Source: a virus (taxonomy: Duplodnaviria > Caudoviricetes). Taken from it: a DNA stretch of 60,779 bases. The stretch covers positions 1 through 60,779 of the IMG/VR virus record IMGVR_UViG_3300042982_000029, one strand, 5' to 3'. Positions 55,204 to 60,779 of the stretch are shown here, piece by piece. A model generated the notes under the pieces. It searched no databases. It was not told where the DNA came from and worked only from the letters and a program-made list of their open reading frames with translations. The translations under genes and the position numbers were made by a program. Numbering within the stretch: position 1 is the first letter of the stretch; every line of letters starts with the position of its first letter.

Positions 55204-55893
55204 TCAGGCCTCCTTCTTCGTGCGACGCCACGCGGTCCACGTGACCGCCTGCACCTCGGCCGGCGTGATGCCGGGAAACTCTTTCTGGAGCTGGTCGGCG
55301 GCCCGCTCGTATGCTCGCACGAAGCTCTCGTACGCGCCCTTCCTGCCCAGCACGATGCCCCGCGTCCGGTCGTCCATGACCCGGCCGACAGCCACGTCGA
55401 ACGCGTGCCGGTCGATCACAATGCCGCGCGGGTCGTTCGGGTTGGCGATCGCGTGGTAGAACGCGGTCACCTTCGGACCGGACACGACCTCTTCGGGCGG
55501 GACGCCCTGCAGGATCAGTTGGGCCTTGGTGCCGTTCACCTTCAGGCCAGGCCAGGCCCAGTCGACAACGACCTTCTCGGCGACCGGAGGCATGACACCG
55601 TCACGCTTGGAGTCGGCGTTGATCTCGTACGCCAGTCGCGCCAGCTCGACGTTTTTCGCCCAGGACAAGCGCGGGGAGATGACCGCGATGACACCGACCG
55701 CACGCTCAACGGCTCGTTCGACCGAGTCGTTCGGCGTGACGAAAAAGGTGCCGTACTGCTCGACTAGGTCGAACGCCAGGTTCAACGCGGAGCGATACCA
55801 GGCGCGGCCCTCGTGGATCTCGTCCAGCGTGGCCGAGCCGAACGCCTTCAGGATGTTCGGGGTGGTCGGTCGTGCGGTGACTCTCGTGTTCAT
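55204..55893 (-). CDS. DUF7178-like protein (putative HhH-type glycosylase fold)
   Basis: GRAWY, IAVISPRLSWAKN, GPKVTAFY, IVIDRHA, PAEVQAVTW. Confidence 0.65.
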   Translation of the reverse strand: MNTRVTARPTTPNILKAFGSATLDEIHEGRAWYRSALNLAFDLVEQYGTFFVTPNDSVERAVERAVGVIAVISPRLSWAKNVELARLAYEINADSKRDGVMPPVAEKVVVDWAWPGLKVNGTKAQLILQGVPPEEVVSGPKVTAFYHAIANPNDPRGIVIDRHAFDVAVGRVMDDRTRGIVLGRKGAYESFVRAYERAADQLQKEFPGITPAEVQAVTWTAWRRTKKEA

Positions 55894-55917
55894 GCTCGTT
55901 CAGCTCCTCGGTTGGTA

Positions 55918-55975
55918 GGCCTTGATGCCCCGGCAACACCACAGACCGTAGTCTGTGGTGCTCCCAGATGTCAAG
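55918..55975 (-). promoter_or_regulatory. Repeated promoter cassette, copy 1
   Basis: CTTGACATCTGGGAGC-[10-bp stem, TACGGT -10]-GTTGCCGGGGCATCAAGGCC. Confidence 0.7.
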
Positions 55976-55976
55976 A

Positions 55977-57541
55977 TCAGACCGTGGCGGCCGGTTGGCG
56001 CGGCGGGTAGACCGTCGGCACAGCCGGAGCGTGGAAGATCTGGATCACGCGCAGCGCCAGACCAGCGCCGCCCGGGTTGAAGTGCCGCCACGCGACCAGG
56101 TAGTCGGGCGCGTCCGGCCCCGCCATGACCTTCTCGGCAGACTTCACCATCGACTCGTACGAGCGGAACGTGCGAGTCTTGAAGAACGGGCCCCGCAGTT
56201 GGTAGGGGTGGCTGTAGTTCGAGTAGCTGACGTAGCTACCATCCTCGCGGGTGTGGTTCGTCTCATGCATTGTAGATGCTCCGTCCGTTGGCCTCGTCTG
56301 CGTGGATTGCGAGCGCCAACCCGGCCTCGCTCTTGTCGCCGCCCGTGCCGGATCCGAAGACCTCACCGCACCGGCACGTCTCAGTGAACTCACCGAGCTC
56401 GTAGTCCTGGCCCGGCCCGGGCCACACCTCGCCGGTCTTGCGATACCCGGCGCCGTCCTGAGTCCAGCCGTGCGCCGGGACGATCACGATCTGACCGCTG
56501 TGGTCGCTGTGCTCGTCCAGCTCGATGTGTTCGGTGAACGGGTAGTCCTCACGCTTGAGCGACAGCGCGCCGCGCTTGAGCACGCGGGCCTTGGCCACCT
56601 TGTGGCGACCGCCGAACGCGTCGAAAACCCAGTCACCGGGCCGGAGCTGGTCGAAGTCCACGCGGACCGCGTCCAGATGCACGATCGTGATGTCGACCAT
56701 TGCCAGGTTCGATGTGACTTGACTCACTGCTCAGCCCTCCTCGGCTGCCCGCAGGATCAGCTCGCGCTGGTCGGCGGGTACTTTCTGACTGGTCAGGAAC
56801 GCCTTGATCGGGCGGACAGCCGCCCGCAGCTCAGCATCCGTGATGTCCTCGCGCTCTTGCAGCTCGTCCGCTGCGTGCGTGGTGGACTGAATGTGTCGCA
56901 TCGCCGACTGCGCAGCTCGGGCAGGCTTGGGCCAGTGCGCCCAGCCGTCCGAGTGGTCGTCGGCCCACGTGGCCAGGTTGCGCACGATCAGCGCCAGAGC
57001 CAGCCGGTTAGGCTTGCTCGCACGGATGAACCTGTGGATCGCGCCGGTATAGTCCCACTCGTTCATGTACAGCACGGCTCACGCCTCCCGGATCTGGTCG
57101 CCGGACAGGCCGAGCTCGACCAGCTTGCGTGTGGCCTGCGTGCGGTCCCGCCGGGTGTTGCGCGGCGCGTGGACCGTGGACTGACGGAACCGTCCAGCCG
57201 TCGGACGGGTGATCCGCTCGAAACCGGCCTCGGTGTCATCGTACTTGTTGACTCGCATGATCACTCCAGTGATCTCGTGTGCTAGGCCTTGTGCCCAGCA
57301 CCCTTGGAACTACCCGGCTCCCGCATCGCTCGTGGCGGAGAGAGCCGGGTAGGACTAGGGGTGCTCAGTACGTGCCGGACATGAAGTCCTTGAGCTGTGG
57401 CATGGGGTGGTCTCGCTTGTACTCGGCGAGCTCGGTCTCGTAGAGGCTGGTTGCCGCCTCTGCAGCGTTCAACCAAACCTCCTTGGCCAGGTCGAACGCG
57501 TCCATCATCCTGCCGTGTCGGCAAGTGCAACGGACGCCCAT
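55977..57541 (-). other. Cluster of small hypothetical early genes (approx. 55977-56270, 56263-56727, 56731-57075, 57079-57258, 57365-57541)
   Basis: Contiguous minus-strand ORFs with RBS-like elements; no recognisable domains. Confidence 0.55.
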
Positions 57542-57542
57542 G

Positions 57543-58007
57543 TCAGTCGACCGGGATGAGGCGCAGCTCGCCGTCATCGCCGAGCTCGGCGATCGCGCCG
57601 CCCTCGACCTCGAACATCGGAGCGACCATCCGGATCTCTTCCTGCCGTGCGAAATCCCAGATCGCGAGCTGGTTGCGATCGTAGCCCAGAGCCTCGGCGT
57701 GGGCCCGCTCGGCGTGCACCTCAGTGATGTCGAGATACACGATGCCGTCGTCGATCCACGCGCCCAGGTACCGGCCGGGCTGTGCCAACCAAGAGCGCTT
57801 GGACTCAGCGTAGTCCGCGATCGCCTGCTGCAGCCCGAGCCATCCGACCTGCAGCGGCACGCGCTGCTCGTGGCCGGGCAGGCTCACGCCGTACCCGCTG
57901 GACACGGTCGGCACGCCGACGATGGCGGACTGAGTCGAACCGCTGAAAGCGTCGAGATCGTTGTAGACGTTCTGCGCCAGAACGTCGAAGCTGATGAGAG
58001 TGGTCAT
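57543..58007 (-). CDS. Hypothetical protein (conserved phage early protein pattern)
   Basis: YLGAWID.GIVYLDIT...A.ALG..RNQLAIWD; GGGAG RBS. Confidence 0.6.
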   Translation of the reverse strand: MTTLISFDVLAQNVYNDLDAFSGSTQSAIVGVPTVSSGYGVSLPGHEQRVPLQVGWLGLQQAIADYAESKRSWLAQPGRYLGAWIDDGIVYLDITEVHAERAHAEALGYDRNQLAIWDFARQEEIRMVAPMFEVEGGAIAELGDDGELRLIPVD

Positions 58008-58029
58008 GATGTCTCCCGGTTGTGTGGTG

Positions 58030-58093
58030 GGCCTTGATGCCCCGGCAACTTGCCGTGCTCACACTCAAGCACGGCAAGCTCCCAGATGTCAAG
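58030..58093 (-). promoter_or_regulatory. Repeated promoter cassette, copy 2
   Basis: Same 16-bp and 20-bp flanks as 55918-55975 around a different 11-bp stem. Confidence 0.7.
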
Positions 58094-58095
58094 GT

Positions 58096-59643
58096 CTACG
58101 GCCAGAGTTGGCCGCACACGTCATCGAAGGTGTAGCGGTCGTTCGTCGCGTCCAGCTCGTCGCGGAACTGTGACGCCGCGTCATCCTGCAAAAACTGCGT
58201 GTCGCCGTCAGAGCCCTTGCGTACGATCTCGTACGCCGAGCCGTTGCCGTACGACAACACACGGTAGTTCTCGTTGTCGTGCGTGACGACCGGTCCGGAT
58301 CGGAAGCTCATCAGTGACCCCTCGGGTCGTTGCAGTGCTTGCAGCAGATGCACGAGCGCCAGCTATCGCCCTCGTCGTCGTCATCGTGCGTCTCGCGGAA
58401 CTCCTTATGCCCCTTGCACTGCTGGCAGATCAGGTGCCCGCACTCGCCCCGCTTGAACGACCGTGCGTCATCCTCGGGACGCTCCGGCGCTGCGGTGGAC
58501 AGGGTCGGCGACCAGATGGACTCACCAGCCTTGACGGCCACACCGTCACGGCGTGGGGAGATGGACACCTTGCGCCCAGCCTCGACCGCCTGCTTGACGG
58601 CCAGGAAAGCCGGGCTGCCCGGCTGCATGATGATCGTGTCGAACATGTCCATCACCACCACGTCCGAGTCAGCTCGTCCACGATCGGGTCGAGGTTGGTC
58701 GTGTAGTCGCACACAACCTCCTCGGGGTCGTTGCCGAGCACGAAGAGCACGTAGCCCAGCACCAGACCGCGCCGGACGTACAGCCACGACTGGTCAACCG
58801 CAGTCAGTGCCGCGATTGCCTCGTTCTCGTCGGTCGTGGCAATCTCCTCCTCGCCGTCGTCGACATGGTGGATCGACCAACCAGCGTCAAGCAGGGCATG
58901 GATCGTCGCGCGAATCGCTTCAATGTCGCTCTTCGGTGCCGTCATGATGTGTCCTCTCAGGCAAGTCCGACAGCCCTTGTGGCTGCGGGACCAACTCAGG
59001 GCACGGACTCGGCCGGCGAGCCCGTGCCTGACACTTCACCTATCGACCGATCCACTCACTCGGCACGATGTGCCATGCAGCGATCTGGTCGACGTAGTAC
59101 TTCAGTGACTCCATGGAGTCAAGCCACAGGTTGTAGAGGATGTGGCCAGAACCGTCACCCGTCGGGTCGTTCCACTCCGGGTACGCTGCGTTCAGCGCTG
59201 CCAGGAAAGCGCGCTGCGACCGATTGTAGAGCTCGACGTCCTCTTGCGCTGCGGCGTGGTGGTGCGCCTGTCGTGCCGCCTCGGCGATGATTCGCCAGGA
59301 GGATTGCGCCAGCTCGGTCTCAGAGACCTTGGGCGCGGGCTTCCACTGCATCACCATGTCAGATCATCTCCACGTTCAGCGTCTCGCCGATGCCGGACAG
59401 GAAGGACTCGGCCCACTCGAGCAGCGCGTTGGACTCGGAGTCCTCGTACTGGCTCGCCATCTCGCAGTACGACGCCAGAGCCTCGACCAGGCATTTCGCG
59501 TCCGTCGCGTTCAGCTTCAGATCGTAGCCGTCCTCGTACTGTGCGTGGACAGCGATCCGGCCCATGATCGCAAGGATCGCGTCGCCGGACATCGCCGTGA
59601 AGGACACTCGATCCGTGCCGAATGCCGCGTTCAATCCGCTCAT
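58096..59643 (-). other. Cluster of small hypothetical early genes (approx. 58096-58311, 58311-58652, 58652-58945, 59040-59357, 59359-59643)
   Basis: Contiguous minus-strand ORFs with TGATG coupling or RBS. Confidence 0.55.
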
Positions 59644-60166
59644 CTCACGTCCCATCATCCAAACCACACACCTCGTGTGTGTGATCAGGAATGGACACGG
59701 TGCGAAAGTCACTCGATCCCAGACCCTGTCTGGTCATCGTCGCGCCGTGTCACAGTCCGTGACTCGGTATATTACCATCCGAGAATGGCGTCAGCTCGCG
59801 TTCGTCACTGGACTAGCCCCGTTTGGGCCGTCTACCGGCCGCACCTATCCTGATGCGCCGTTTTCCCAGCACTCTTTTCCGTCCGGCCGTTTAGGAAGTA
59901 GGCCTGGAGCGGGCATAGTACGCCCTCGGTATCAAAGCTGCTCTCTCTATTCAGTTTCCAAGTTGCGAGTGCTACCTCACCGCGCCCTCTCGGGTTTGGC
60001 AAGTGCAACGCTGGCACTCATCCGCTGGGATGACCGGGGAGATACCGCAGCCCTTTTGTAGACGAGCCGCCCTCTCCGTCAGGGTCGCGACCGGATCGTT
60101 CGCCCTGCCGTCCACGCGGGTTCCGCGCTTCCGAGTACCGATGTTCAGTTTGACTTGCTGACCAGA

Positions 60167-60465
60167 AACTTACCGGAGATTCGAGCCCTTGTCAAGCTCC
60201 CGATTCGGCGAGTTCGGCGAGTTGCGCGGTCAGTGTAGAGGAGCTCCCTAGGGCCCTTGCACGTCAGTTGCGCTGCCGTACGCGCCATGGTGGGAGCCTT
60301 ACTGGCCTGCCCTCCGGCGGTTTCCGCTCTGCAATTTTCAACCTGGGCACCAACCTACAGGCGACCTGCCTGCCTGTCAAGGGCCGATCCCTCCGGCCCC
60401 TCCGGCCCCTCCGTGCCCTGCTTCGTTCTGAGGACAACTCTGCCTGAGATCCGGCCCTAGGTCAA
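60167..60465 (-). promoter_or_regulatory. Three tandem leftward early SigA-like promoters
   Basis: TTGACC-N17-CAGAGT (~60465), TTGACA-N17-TAGGTT (~60380), TTGACA-N17-TAAGTT (~60195). Confidence 0.65.
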
Positions 60466-60559
60466 GCCCTACAGGGAATGTTCCCACATGCTGAGACAAG
60501 GGCCCTTCCCAGCTCCCCTCACATGGGCCCTGACCTGCATATATAACCCTGCCCTTATA

Positions 60560-60594
60560 TGCATGACCATGCATCGCACTGCATAGCCATGCAT
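60560..60594. repeat. TGCAT repeated with an exact 10-bp period
   Basis: TGCAT at 60560, 60570, 60580 and 60590. Confidence 0.6.
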
Positions 60595-60770
60595 CTCATG
60601 ACGCGAGACAAGGGGAACGCATGTGCGGATACCACAGGCATACCGGAGTCGCAACCCTCACTTTGGTGCCAGCAGCAGCTTTTCCGCATCGCGGAAGTCC
60701 GATGGCACATTGGTGTCACGGCACTCCTGTGTCTTGACATGCCAGGGGAGGGGTCCCCGACAATCGCGCG

Positions 60771-60779
60771 CGGCGGGAC
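60771..60779. repeat. Terminal 9-bp direct repeat CGGCGGGAC (right copy)
   Basis: Identical to bases 1-9. Confidence 0.65.

Noticed and set aside
38609-57285. Long plus-strand ORFs in the right arm (e.g. 38609-40543, 41529-42809, 46541-47770)
   Set aside because: Shadow ORFs opposite recognisable minus-strand genes.
55918-58093. CRISPR mini-array or integron attC interpretation of the repeated cassette
   Set aside because: Only two copies 2 kb apart; the interiors are palindromic rather than spacer-like; no cas or integron integrase gene.
1-60779. Integrase, immunity repressor cassette or ParAB partition system
   Set aside because: No tyrosine or serine recombinase motifs or ParA Walker motif recognised in the ORF track.

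Overview
The window appears to be a complete ~60.8 kb, high-GC siphovirus genome infecting an actinobacterium. The same 9-mer (CGGCGGGAC) occurs at both termini. The left arm (+ strand) carries an iteron-rich putative origin, a prim-pol/SF3 helicase, terminase, portal, capsid, neck and tail genes (with a -1 frameshifted chaperone and a 1673-aa tape measure) and a lysis cassette. The right arm (- strand) carries EndoVII, SSB, a DUF5664 dNTP diphosphohydrolase, a RecB-like nuclease, HTH proteins, WhiB, metalloproteases and many small early genes. It also carries an RNA-repair module (Pnkp, Rnl1-like and Rnl2-like ligases) next to an RNA operon. I saw no integrase, family A/B DNA polymerase or LysB. 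Three observations stand out. (1) The tRNA operon contains an 83-nt RNA with the hallmarks of the tmRNA tRNA-like domain but no mRNA-like domain or tag ORF. (2) The same operon holds a Val-like tRNA with a 6-nt anticodon loop and several tRNAs with non-standard position 37. (3) An AT-rich pseudo-palindrome, (C)GTGTAAAC(G), occurs at least 17 times, mostly every 2-5 kb, inside genes and at promoters. All calls were made by eye from motifs and synteny; no database searches were run.
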